Source: a candidate division WOR-3 bacterium
GTDB lineage: Bacteria > Hydrothermota > Tepidihabitantia > SM23-42 > JAOAFX01
NCBI GenBank assembly: GCA_037444665.1
Contig: JBBILZ010000002.1
Location: forward strand, 26,880-90,879
Reading direction: 5' to 3'
DNA: 64,000 bases
Shown here: positions 39,055-48,580 of the stretch, piece after piece
How positions within the stretch are numbered: position 1 is the first letter of the stretch
How the letters are laid out: each line of letters opens with the position of its first letter
The notes under the pieces: model-generated
Told to the model about the DNA's origin: nothing
What the model saw: only the letters and a program-made list of their open reading frames with translations
Databases searched by the model: none
Position numbers and translations under genes: made by a program

Positions 39055-39648
39055 ATGTTTTTAAGTTTAACCTTAGTCCTGTTCCAAGGGATGAACCCAA
39101 TCATTGCCTCGGCAATTATGCCAGGCTGGGGCGAATTGATACTACAGCGAAAGAATGAGGCGCGCACATTCTTTATTATTGAAGGTTCATTTTGGTTTTC
39201 ATATTATACATTCAATTATTTCGGTCATAAAATGGAACAATCTTCCCGGATATATGCATTTGAACATGCCGGTGCAAATCCGCTCCGCAATGACCAGGAA
39301 TACTTTGATAATATTGAAGACTATATTTCTTCTGACATTTATAACATGCTTGTGGAAAGGGATGCAAGTCTATACTACCCTGATGACCCTGTGAAACAAC
39401 AGGAATATATTCAAAAATATGGATATTTCGGCGATGACGAGTGGGAATGGGATACCTTAGCAAACCAGACAACCTACTGGCAGAAGCGGAAGAGTGCAAG
39501 AGAGAACCTCAGGCGTGCATCATTTATGACAGGCTTTATGCTGATCAATCGACTCGTTTCCGTGTTGAATGTTGCAATATTCAAACAGGAATCAGGATTG
39601 GGCCTGGATGCAGAACCAGGGAAAATAGGCATTTCCTATAAATTCTGA
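39055..39648 (+). CDS. Membrane-associated hypothetical protein (DUF5683-like N-terminus)
   Basis: ASAIMPGWGE motif, AAGGAG RBS, terminal YKF. Confidence 0.65.
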   Translation: MFLSLTLVLFQGMNPIIASAIMPGWGELILQRKNEARTFFIIEGSFWFSYYTFNYFGHKMEQSSRIYAFEHAGANPLRNDQEYFDNIEDYISSDIYNMLVERDASLYYPDDPVKQQEYIQKYGYFGDDEWEWDTLANQTTYWQKRKSARENLRRASFMTGFMLINRLVSVLNVAIFKQESGLGLDAEPGKIGISYKF

Positions 39649-39675
39649 TAACAGCAAATCTTTCGGGCTTGAAAT

Positions 39676-41187
39676 TTATTTGATAACAATCACCTTTTTT
39701 GCCAGCCGCTCTTTACCAGTTTCAAAAACAAGAAAATAGATTCCCGCAGGTATATTTACACTATCAAACTTAAATCGGTGCTGACCAGCTGGTCTCATTC
39801 CTGTAAAAACTGTTTTTACCCTTTTGCCACAGAGATCAAAAAGATTAATTGCTACAATATCAGATTCCTTAAGTGCAAAGACGATATCAGCAAATTTATG
39901 AATGATTTGAGGATGAACTGTAAAATTTAGAGGCGGTTTAGTCTTTTGGAAATTTTCCTTGACCCCTAAGTTCCAGTTAAGATTGTAAAGTAATTGTGCC
40001 CATTTATCAACCAATACTATTGCGGTGTCTGGTGTTTGATAGATATTGTGCCAGTTGGCAAATAAAATTGCAAATACCATGATAACACTTGAATCCGGTT
40101 TTAGTTGGAACGGTCCACTCGCCATTAAAAATCTATAGTCATCGGGTGGTGTAATTGTTGTATCATATGGTTCATACTGGCCGGTCTTGAAATTATAGCC
40201 TGCAAGGGTGAGATAGCGTTCATTATCTCTGTTCGGGTCTAAATTTAAGGTGAATTTCTTGAATGCGGTCATACCTAATTGTGGATTCTCTGAGGGGTCA
40301 CGCCAGTCAGGCACACCATCATTATCAACATCCCATTTTGCTGGCGGCAAGTTGTTCCAGTAATAAATACTATCCCTTTCATACTGGTCAAGAATCCCAT
40401 CATTATCCTTGTCCTGTCCCCATTGTAAATCAAAAGGGGTCTGGATTAGATCACAACCAATTACCCCATAATTTCCACCTTGTTCCCATTGATAAGCAAG
40501 GTAATCAACCCAGATAGACTCACCATCAATTACATACCACTTCCCAATGATTGCGTTGTTAATGTCATTATTAGGTGTGATGTCTACATCCGCACAATAA
40601 CTAATGTATAAATCACCTATCGGCCTGTGCAGAACATTCTTTATTTCAAGGGTTATATAAATGATATCTGTGATTCTCGGTAAATCCCAGGCATAGACAG
40701 TTTGATAAACTTCTATTCCAATCGGCCTCGTATCACCTGGCATATGGTAAGCAGAATCACAATCATTATAGCAACACCAGGAATCCTGATGAGACCTGTG
40801 AACCTGTGGTGCCATAGGAAAACTCTCCACCGGTGCGGGCCAGGGATCAGGATACATATAAATGATTACATAGGGTGCACCAGGATTTTGCATATAGAGA
40901 CCTGGTATAAATTCAGATTCACCACCATGTGGTCCATAGCCAATCGTCACAAGCGTATCACCAACCATAGAATCCAGCGCACCAAACCATACCCCTGAAC
41001 CAAAAATATAGCTTTGTCCACTACCTTTGGGCCACCAACATTCGCCGATTATTCCATAATTAGAAATTCTCAGTTCTACCTGATTGATATCGTGGATCTT
41101 TGTTTGCCATTCGCGGTCACCGGCAAATTCCACTCCACCGCTCCCGAGAAAACTAATCAGGAACCCCAATAATATTAAACCTTTCAT
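39676..41187 (-). CDS. Secreted protein with T9SS-like C-terminal domain
   Basis: Signal peptide; HDINQVELRISNYG..WPKGSG, DxDxDG Ca-binding-like loops, ASGPF; tail FDLCGKRV..AGIYFL..KKVIVIK. Confidence 0.78.
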   Translation of the reverse strand: MKGLILLGFLISFLGSGGVEFAGDREWQTKIHDINQVELRISNYGIIGECWWPKGSGQSYIFGSGVWFGALDSMVGDTLVTIGYGPHGGESEFIPGLYMQNPGAPYVIIYMYPDPWPAPVESFPMAPQVHRSHQDSWCCYNDCDSAYHMPGDTRPIGIEVYQTVYAWDLPRITDIIYITLEIKNVLHRPIGDLYISYCADVDITPNNDINNAIIGKWYVIDGESIWVDYLAYQWEQGGNYGVIGCDLIQTPFDLQWGQDKDNDGILDQYERDSIYYWNNLPPAKWDVDNDGVPDWRDPSENPQLGMTAFKKFTLNLDPNRDNERYLTLAGYNFKTGQYEPYDTTITPPDDYRFLMASGPFQLKPDSSVIMVFAILFANWHNIYQTPDTAIVLVDKWAQLLYNLNWNLGVKENFQKTKPPLNFTVHPQIIHKFADIVFALKESDIVAINLFDLCGKRVKTVFTGMRPAGQHRFKFDSVNIPAGIYFLVFETGKERLAKKVIVIK

Positions 41188-41208
41188 AGGCACCTCCTGC
41201 TCTATAAA

Positions 41209-41244
41209 ATTATATTTTAAAATTGTGAAATTTTTGTGAAATTT
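41209..41244 (-). promoter_or_regulatory. -10 box preceded by a perfect 11-bp tandem direct repeat (activator site)
   Basis: Minus strand aaatttcacaa aaatttcacaa ttttaaaa TATAAT; no TTGACA-type -35. Confidence 0.6.
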
Positions 41245-41247
41245 CGA

Positions 41248-44163
41248 TTAATACGAATCCATTATGTCTTCAAATATTTGTCGGTACTTATCTGCCAATT
41301 TAATTGCCCAGTCATCATACCAGTTCCGGGCAAAACCATCTTTATATATATGAAATAATCTTTTGAATTTAATACCCTTGTTCTGCTCGGTTTTCAATTC
41401 TTTTATCAATTGTTCAAACTCATCAATATCAGAGATAACATATAAATCAGATGAGCACTGATAATTACCCGAATGGATAACAAACGGGTCTTTAATATAG
41501 TAATTCTTTAGGGTCTGCCTGATGTGGTAAACCGCTTTTCGCAAACTGTCATATCCCTGTTTCAAGCCTGATTTTTTCCAGAAAGATTCAATCAAAATAT
41601 CTTTATTAACTATTTTTTCTCTATGGAGTAAAAGATAGAAAAATAATTTCTTTGCCTTGATTGTTTTCCATTCAGTATCTTTTATTTCCTTTCCATCAAT
41701 ATATAATTTTGGCTCTCCAAAAAAGAATGCTTGTACAACATGAAAATCACGATTTCTTCTTAATAAAGAGAATAGATACTTATCATCAATATATTTATCT
41801 ATCATAAAGTTTATCAAAAATGATTTCTTTTTCAATTCTTCTATTAATAGATAATCATATCCCTTTTTTCTTGCTATGGAAATCGCTAATTTTAAGAATT
41901 TTTTTGCACTGTTAAATCTGTTCGTTCTATAGAAAATATCAGCAAATGCTAAATTGAGCAGAAATAGTTCAAGAACAAGATTATATCTTTGAGCAAGTCT
42001 GAATGCCTTTAGAAATATTTTTTCTCCCTCTTTAAAATTATCCTGTTTGATTGCTAATTGTCCCTGCAAGTTAAGAATTGGAATTGCTTCGCTGTCCTCA
42101 GTTCTTTTCAGTTCCCAGATCCTATTTAAGATATTTTGAGATTCAACAAGATTGTTTTCTGTAATTTCAATCCGGCATAATTCTGTAAGAGCATTTATGA
42201 TAAGATATGGAATTTTAAGTTTTTCGCATATTTCTAAAGCCTGGCTAATATATTCCCGTGCCTTTTCCAGATTATTTTTCTGTTGGTATAAAAGGCTATA
42301 ACCGCGCCACATATTTGCTTGTGACCACGGATCATTGAATGGTTTACAGACCTCTAAACCAATATTGAGTATCATCTCTGCATTATTGGGGTTGCCGAGC
42401 AATAAAGCAATGCGTGCACCATTATAAAAACCTGCTCCACAACCCAGAGAAAAATATTTTTTTAATAATTCAACCGCCGCTGAAATTTTTAAATATGCAT
42501 CTTTTAGATTACCCTGTTTATATTCATTCATTCCCCAGTTATTAAGAATACTCGCCTTCATTTCCTGATAATTGTTTTTTTCAGCGAGTTTAAATGCCTC
42601 TTTTAAATAATGCTTTGCCCGCTGGAAATTTTTACCGCCAATTGCATTATTGATAGCGCCAAGGGAATTGAGTGCCAATGCTTTTATGAAATTTGAATTC
42701 TCAGGACACGTTTTCAAAATTTTTTTAAGATATTTTATCGCCCGGGTTAAATTACCTTCATTGATACTGATTCCGGCAAAAATATAAAGAATTTGAGCTT
42801 TTAAACCAGCGTCCCTTTTACTTTTTTTTAAAGCATTTGCTAAAACTTCCTTTGCCTTCACTGGATTGCCGAAATAATTCAATGCCTCACCATAATATCG
42901 TAAAAGCAGTGGACTTTTATTGATTAAGTATTCTGGTAATTGTTCAACTGAAGCACAGAATATGTGATATTTCCCTTGCTCAAGCATATGATGAGCTGAA
43001 GACTCTAATGTTTTTGCGGCAGAAAAAAAGTCTTGAGCAAGTATGTAATATTTCAATGATTCATCTTTATTGTAGTTATTCCAGTAATCTGCCAGATGCT
43101 GATAGATCTGCCTTTTCTTTTTCTCATCGGTTAGTCTATTCTTTAAAAATTCCCGGAACAAATAATGGATTCTATAATTGCCATCAGGTAAAGAATAAAT
43201 AAACGCATTGTGTTTTGATAAAGATTCAAGAATTTTATTGCTGTCTTTTCGATTGCTAATTGTATTACAGATTTCACTATTTAAATAATCAGGCAGAGAA
43301 CAATCCACAAGAAGTTGTTGAATTTCTGGTGATTCATTTTCAAAAATTTCGTGTGCAAAATAATCAAAGATATTCTTTTCAATCTGTTGAGAATCATCCT
43401 GCAATTTTTTAAAAAATGAATTCAAGTCTAAATCCTTTACCATTTCGTATGATTGTAATATAAGCCGTATACAGGCAGGCCAACCTTCAGAGTATTTGTA
43501 GAGCCAATCCAGCTGTGTTTCATCAAGTTTTTTTGAAAATAAGGCAGTCAATAATGCGCGAATCTCTTCTTTAGTAAAACGAAACATATCAGTATTTATC
43601 TCGAGTATTTCACCTTTTGCCTTCAGGTGAACTGTAGAGATTGAAGGGTTGTATCTTGTGCTGATAATGAAATGGAGATTTTCCGGCAAGTGATTTAAAA
43701 AATAAGAGATAATACTATCTATTGATGTTGCCGGGGAGAGTGTATGATAGTCATCAAGCACGATAAAAGTATTCTCTTTGATATTCTGTATAACTTCATT
43801 AATAAAAGTGCCCAAAACAATCTCGGATATCTGCCCGGGCAGGTTGTAAAATTGTGTTAACCTTTTTAAACTTTTTCCGAAGTCAGGATTGACCTTCTGA
43901 AAACCAGCAATCAGATGGGATAAAAATATTGCCGGGTCATTATCTTCCTTTTCCAGATGATAATACACATAAGCCATATCTGCATCGGCAAAATATTGGG
44001 AAAGGAGTGTGGTCTTGCCATAGCCTGCACCTGCACAGAGGATTATTAATTTTTTATCAATGTTTTGGTTGATGAGATTAACCAGACGGGCGCGATAGAG
44101 AATTCGGGGATTTAGTTTTGGTAAGTGTAGTTTACTTAACAGTATAAGCTCTCTCCCTGCCAT
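41248..44163 (-). CDS. MalT-like STAND ATPase / TPR / SARP-type wHTH transcriptional regulator
   Basis: SKLHLP..RARL, AGAGYGKTTLL, LDDYH, EGWPA, TPRs; C-terminal WKTIKAKKLFFYLL..LRKAVYHIRQTL with a short BTAD-like stub. Confidence 0.85.
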   Translation of the reverse strand: MAGRELILLSKLHLPKLNPRILYRARLVNLINQNIDKKLIILCAGAGYGKTTLLSQYFADADMAYVYYHLEKEDNDPAIFLSHLIAGFQKVNPDFGKSLKRLTQFYNLPGQISEIVLGTFINEVIQNIKENTFIVLDDYHTLSPATSIDSIISYFLNHLPENLHFIISTRYNPSISTVHLKAKGEILEINTDMFRFTKEEIRALLTALFSKKLDETQLDWLYKYSEGWPACIRLILQSYEMVKDLDLNSFFKKLQDDSQQIEKNIFDYFAHEIFENESPEIQQLLVDCSLPDYLNSEICNTISNRKDSNKILESLSKHNAFIYSLPDGNYRIHYLFREFLKNRLTDEKKKRQIYQHLADYWNNYNKDESLKYYILAQDFFSAAKTLESSAHHMLEQGKYHIFCASVEQLPEYLINKSPLLLRYYGEALNYFGNPVKAKEVLANALKKSKRDAGLKAQILYIFAGISINEGNLTRAIKYLKKILKTCPENSNFIKALALNSLGAINNAIGGKNFQRAKHYLKEAFKLAEKNNYQEMKASILNNWGMNEYKQGNLKDAYLKISAAVELLKKYFSLGCGAGFYNGARIALLLGNPNNAEMILNIGLEVCKPFNDPWSQANMWRGYSLLYQQKNNLEKAREYISQALEICEKLKIPYLIINALTELCRIEITENNLVESQNILNRIWELKRTEDSEAIPILNLQGQLAIKQDNFKEGEKIFLKAFRLAQRYNLVLELFLLNLAFADIFYRTNRFNSAKKFLKLAISIARKKGYDYLLIEELKKKSFLINFMIDKYIDDKYLFSLLRRNRDFHVVQAFFFGEPKLYIDGKEIKDTEWKTIKAKKLFFYLLLHREKIVNKDILIESFWKKSGLKQGYDSLRKAVYHIRQTLKNYYIKDPFVIHSGNYQCSSDLYVISDIDEFEQLIKELKTEQNKGIKFKRLFHIYKDGFARNWYDDWAIKLADKYRQIFEDIMDSY

Positions 44164-44245
44164 AATACAGATTATAATTTAAATTTTATTTGTGTCAAGA
44201 TAAAAAACTACTATTCAATTTTATTCTCTGTTTAATTTCTGAATA

Positions 44246-44273
44246 TTTTTGTGGTTGCCCCATTTATGAGGCA
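44246..44273 (+). repeat. GTAG/GTGG-type REP-like palindrome (copy 2)
   Basis: tttttgtggttgccccatttatgaggca. Confidence 0.7.
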
Positions 44274-44283
44274 AAGGAATTTT

Positions 44284-45261
44284 TTACATTTTTAATAGCA
44301 CGCCTGCCCAGGTAAAACCAGCACCAAAGGAGACCAATAAAACATAATCACCTTTTTTGATTTTACCTTCAGCAAGTGCTTCATAAATAGCAATAGGTAT
44401 GGATGCAGCTGAGGTATTACCATATTTATCAAGATTTACATAAACTCTTTCCATTGGTATATCAAGCCTCTTTGCGGTTGCCTCAATAATCCGCATATTT
44501 GCCTGATGTGGAATTAAAAGTGCAATATCTTTTGATGATACATTTGCCCTTTTTAGGGTGTTAATTGCTGCTTCAATCATTGCCCGCACTGCAAGTTTAA
44601 AAACTTCATTCCCTTCCATTTTTATATAATGGAGCCTGTTTCTTACTGAATCTTCAGTAGCCGGAATTCTTGAACCGCCTGCTGGCTGGTGTAAAAGTTT
44701 CCAATCCGCACCTTCTGATGCAAAGTATGTAGCAATTATCCCCTGATTGTTGTCATTTGTTTTTTTAACAATTACTGCACCTGCCCCATCACCAAATAAT
44801 ACACAGGTTGAGCGGTCCGTAAAATCTATTATTTTAGTCAATGTCTCAGCACCGATGACAAGAATATTATTATAACCATTCTTTACCATTGAATCTGCAA
44901 TGCCCAGACCATATAAAAAACCACTACAACCTGCAGAAATATCAAATGCCATAATCTCCCGTGCGCCGATCTTGCTCTGAACAATGCAGGCAGTTGATGG
45001 AAAGAGCATATCCGGGGTTGCGGTTCCTAAAATTATTACCTCTATCTCTTCAGGTTTTATACCGGCATTTTTTATCGCCTGCCTTGCCGCAAGCACTGCC
45101 AGGTCACTCGTTGCTGTCTTTTCATCTGAAATGTGGCGCTCCCTTATGCCGGAGCGCGTCCTTATCCATTCATCAGAAGTTTCTACAATTTTTTCAAGGT
45201 CAAAGTTGGTTAAAATTTTCTCAGGGACATAAATACCAATACCGGCAATATATGCATTCAT
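44284..45261 (-). CDS. fabH: Beta-ketoacyl-ACP synthase III
   Basis: TSDEWIRTRSGIRERH, AGCSGF, PHQAN, YGNTSAAS, GAGFTW. Confidence 0.96.
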   Translation of the reverse strand: MNAYIAGIGIYVPEKILTNFDLEKIVETSDEWIRTRSGIRERHISDEKTATSDLAVLAARQAIKNAGIKPEEIEVIILGTATPDMLFPSTACIVQSKIGAREIMAFDISAGCSGFLYGLGIADSMVKNGYNNILVIGAETLTKIIDFTDRSTCVLFGDGAGAVIVKKTNDNNQGIIATYFASEGADWKLLHQPAGGSRIPATEDSVRNRLHYIKMEGNEVFKLAVRAMIEAAINTLKRANVSSKDIALLIPHQANMRIIEATAKRLDIPMERVYVNLDKYGNTSAASIPIAIYEALAEGKIKKGDYVLLVSFGAGFTWAGVLLKM

Positions 45262-46226
45262 TTCTTTAACACCTTTCGTATTTCTTCCACAATATTGGAT
45301 TCCACACACCGCATTCCCATTTTTATTGCATTTCTTAAAGCATTTGCTGATGAATGGCCATGGCATACAATCACCACACCATTTACACCAAGGAGTATAC
45401 CGCCGCCATACTCTTCATAACTGAATTTCGCCTTCAGGTCTTTCATTGCCGGTTTCACTAAAAATTGTCCGAATTTCCGTCGCATCGCATCATCTACAGT
45501 CTCTTTTAACATATGCCAGATCGCATCCACAATGCCCTCAGAATATTTCAACAACACATTTCCAGTGAACCCATCAGTCACAATAACATCAACAAAACCT
45601 TTCATTAAGTTGTTACCCTCTATATTTCCAACAAAATGAATATTGCCTTCTTTCAATAACTGGTAAGCCTTCTGCCTGATCTCATCACCCTTCACACTCT
45701 CAGAACCAATATTTAACAACCCTATGCGTGGCTCCACTTTTCCCAGGGCAACCCTCGCAAAAACTCCACCCATAATTCCGTAATAGAATAGGTCAATGGG
45801 CTTTGGTTTAATGTTTGCACCGACATCAATCAATACTGAATAACCAGACTCAGTCGGTAAAGTAATTCCCAGTCCTGGTTTTGAATTTTCTTCAATGGGT
45901 CCTAATTCAAAAAAGCTGAAACCCATCATTGCACCAGTATTACCCGCACTGACCAGACCATCAATCTCATTATGCTTTAGCATATTAAATAGTAACCCCA
46001 TAGAAGAACCCTTTTTCTGTCTTACTGCCACCGTAGGAATCTCATGCATACCAATGACCTCTTCAGCAATCCGATAATCAAAACCCAGATTCCTCACTTC
46101 CTGCTCATACTCACCCTTACCCACAACAATGACCTCTTGTCTATATTCTTCTTTTAATAATCTTAAAGATTCAAGTTCGCTGGTGGGTGCATTGTCTGAA
46201 CCCATTAAATCAAAACCTAATTTCAA
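45258..46226 (-). CDS. plsX: Phosphate acyltransferase
   Basis: DLMGSDNAP, SAGNTGA, DVGAN, TDGFTGNVLLK, CHGHS. Confidence 0.94.
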   Translation of the reverse strand: MKLGFDLMGSDNAPTSELESLRLLKEEYRQEVIVVGKGEYEQEVRNLGFDYRIAEEVIGMHEIPTVAVRQKKGSSMGLLFNMLKHNEIDGLVSAGNTGAMMGFSFFELGPIEENSKPGLGITLPTESGYSVLIDVGANIKPKPIDLFYYGIMGGVFARVALGKVEPRIGLLNIGSESVKGDEIRQKAYQLLKEGNIHFVGNIEGNNLMKGFVDVIVTDGFTGNVLLKYSEGIVDAIWHMLKETVDDAMRRKFGQFLVKPAMKDLKAKFSYEEYGGGILLGVNGVVIVCHGHSSANALRNAIKMGMRCVESNIVEEIRKVLKK

Positions 46227-46290
46227 GATTACCTCGCTTGCATTGATAGATAAAACACCGGGGCTTTAGATTTATTATGATACCCACAAG

Positions 46291-46485
46291 TTATGTTTTT
46301 CCTTTTTCTTCTTTTGGTGGAACGACCAGGGTATCTTTGTAATTACCGCAGACCGGGCATGCCCGATGAGGCAGTTTTGGACTATGACACTTTGGGCATT
46401 CAATATAGTTTATCGGCGCCATTTTGAACTGAGAACGCCTTTTATTCTTTCTTGAATGTGAATGTCTCTTTTTAGGAACGGGCAT
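46291..46485 (-). CDS. rpmF: 50S ribosomal protein L32 (zinc-ribbon type)
   Basis: MPVPKKRHS, CPKC..PHRACPVCG. Confidence 0.95.
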   Translation of the reverse strand: MPVPKKRHSHSRKNKRRSQFKMAPINYIECPKCHSPKLPHRACPVCGNYKDTLVVPPKEEKGKT

Positions 46486-46503
46486 ATTTCAACTCCTTTT
46501 AAA

Positions 46504-48297
46504 TTAGCCGGGATACATATTCAATGACTTAAACCATTTATTGAGAGATTCTATTCTCTTTTTCTTATCTTCAGGCAGAACAAATGGTCTACCCCGACAG
46601 TCAATTATTATTCCCACAACTCCACCATTAAGAACTGCTTCTACAGCCTTGCCTTTACCATTACCAACATCAAAACCGCGTTCAGGCTGAAGGATAAACT
46701 TTATCTTTTTTTCTACAGACAATGGAATAAGGTCAACATCACCAAACTTTATCGTCTTCTCACTCACACCTTTTTCATCCTCAATCTTTACTTTTAAAAC
46801 ATTAACTCCTTCCCGACCCTCACCCACTGGTGCAATACAATATCCTAATGGCACGAGACAATCTTTATTAAATACCTCTGTCGCAGATTGTTCATGGACA
46901 GTAGAAAGAACACCTAAATGAGGCATCATAAATATGGAATCAACGGCAAGTTTTGTAATACCCTGGGGTAAAAATGCATCAATCATCATCAATGCTGCCT
47001 GATTACGACGGGGTGCGTGCGAAAGAATGCCACCTGAACCAATTAAAAGATTTAATGCCATTAAATCAATGAGCGTCTCACCAGTCATAGTCTGGGCAAA
47101 TGTATCAGATATTGTTCGTTCTTGCTGCACGCCCTTTAAACCCACTGCCATTGATTTGTGCTGTTCAAATGCAAGTCTCAATGCCTCACGTGCGATTGCC
47201 TGCTCAATCTTTAAATCCTCAAGTGTATGAGGGATAGTCGTAGGCCTTATCATCTTATTCCTGATCCTGTTTCGCAAATCCCGTTCTTCAATTTCAAAAG
47301 GTAACCAGCGAATAATATTATCAATTCCGGTTTCAGCAAGAACATTACTGACCGAATAAGACATTCCCAGATTGGCACTGACCGTACGATTAAAAACACC
47401 TTGAAACACGGAAAATACATCTGTAGTTGCTCCACCAATATCAACACCGATGACTGTGATATTCTCTTTGCGCGCCACTGTTTCCACGAGCAAACCCACT
47501 GCACCTGGAGTCGGCATAATCGGCACATCGGTCATCTCCATAAGTTTTTTATAACCTGGGGCGTGTGCCATTACATGCTCCATAAACTGGTCGTGAATCT
47601 TGTGCCGTGCAGGATTGAGATTCTCTTTTTCCAGCACTGGTCTGATATTTTCCACTACTACAAGGGCAGTATTCTCTTTTAGAATATCCAGTATTGCCTG
47701 GCGTGCATCCTTATTGCCTGCATATATTACTGGCAATCTATAGCCAAAGCCAAATCGCGGCTTTGGGTCTGCTGCCCGAATAAGTTCGGCAAGTTCTACA
47801 ACATGGGATATTGTTCCACCATCTACTCCGCCTGAAAGTAGAATCATATCTGGCCTTAAATTTCTGATTCTTTCAATCTTTTCATGGGGAAGACGGCCAT
47901 CATTTGACGCAATCACATCCATTACTATTGCCCCGGCACCAAGTGCCGCGCGCGCTGCGCTCTCTGCAGTCATTGTGAGCACAACACCAGCCACCATCAT
48001 TTGTAATCCACCACCGGCAGATGAAGTAGAGACATAAAAATCCACACCTTCAGAATCCTTTACCTGTTTAATAATATTTTCACGATCAAGTATCTTCACA
48101 TTTGCCAGTTCTTCAACTTCACGCACTGCATTCAATACACCCCTGGTCACATCCTCAAATGGTGATTCTACAGTGGTTGGTGCCTCACCGCGCACAATCA
48201 AACGATATTCCTCTCCCCTTTTTTCAATCAATATTGCTTTGGTCGTGGTACTTCCGCAATCAGTGGCGAGTATTCTTTTCGGCTCTTTTATGTTCAT
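46504..48297 (-). CDS. GlmL/MutL-like (glutamate mutase accessory) ASKHA ATPase
   Basis: DCGSTTTK, SSAGGGL, LSGGVDGG, MPTPGAV, DIGGATTDVFS. Confidence 0.82.
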   Translation of the reverse strand: MNIKEPKRILATDCGSTTTKAILIEKRGEEYRLIVRGEAPTTVESPFEDVTRGVLNAVREVEELANVKILDRENIIKQVKDSEGVDFYVSTSSAGGGLQMMVAGVVLTMTAESAARAALGAGAIVMDVIASNDGRLPHEKIERIRNLRPDMILLSGGVDGGTISHVVELAELIRAADPKPRFGFGYRLPVIYAGNKDARQAILDILKENTALVVVENIRPVLEKENLNPARHKIHDQFMEHVMAHAPGYKKLMEMTDVPIMPTPGAVGLLVETVARKENITVIGVDIGGATTDVFSVFQGVFNRTVSANLGMSYSVSNVLAETGIDNIIRWLPFEIEERDLRNRIRNKMIRPTTIPHTLEDLKIEQAIAREALRLAFEQHKSMAVGLKGVQQERTISDTFAQTMTGETLIDLMALNLLIGSGGILSHAPRRNQAALMMIDAFLPQGITKLAVDSIFMMPHLGVLSTVHEQSATEVFNKDCLVPLGYCIAPVGEGREGVNVLKVKIEDEKGVSEKTIKFGDVDLIPLSVEKKIKFILQPERGFDVGNGKGKAVEAVLNGGVVGIIIDCRGRPFVLPEDKKKRIESLNKWFKSLNMYPG

Positions 48298-48580
48298 ACC
48301 GTTCCTCCTCAAGATGTTCAATTTCACAAATCAACCTTTCAATATTATTACGGTCCTCTAACATTGCTGCAATCTCTTCATATTCTTGATATGTAAAGAA
48401 TGCCCGATAAAATGGTTGCATAAAGATCATTAACTGATTGCCCAAAAATGTCAGTGGTTTTGATGACTCTAAAAACACAATCGCTATTGTTGATAATCTC
48501 ATATCAACTACGCGACGGGCAATCTTATTGATTAAAAATTTTTTTCTTTCTTCAGTTATTTCAAATTTTACTTCTGCCAT
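48260..48580 (-). CDS. Conserved hypothetical protein
   Basis: AIVFLESSKPL..LEDRNNIE; overlaps both neighbours in the operon. Confidence 0.75.
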   Translation of the reverse strand: MAEVKFEITEERKKFLINKIARRVVDMRLSTIAIVFLESSKPLTFLGNQLMIFMQPFYRAFFTYQEYEEIAAMLEDRNNIERLICEIEHLEEERYEHKRAEKNTRH

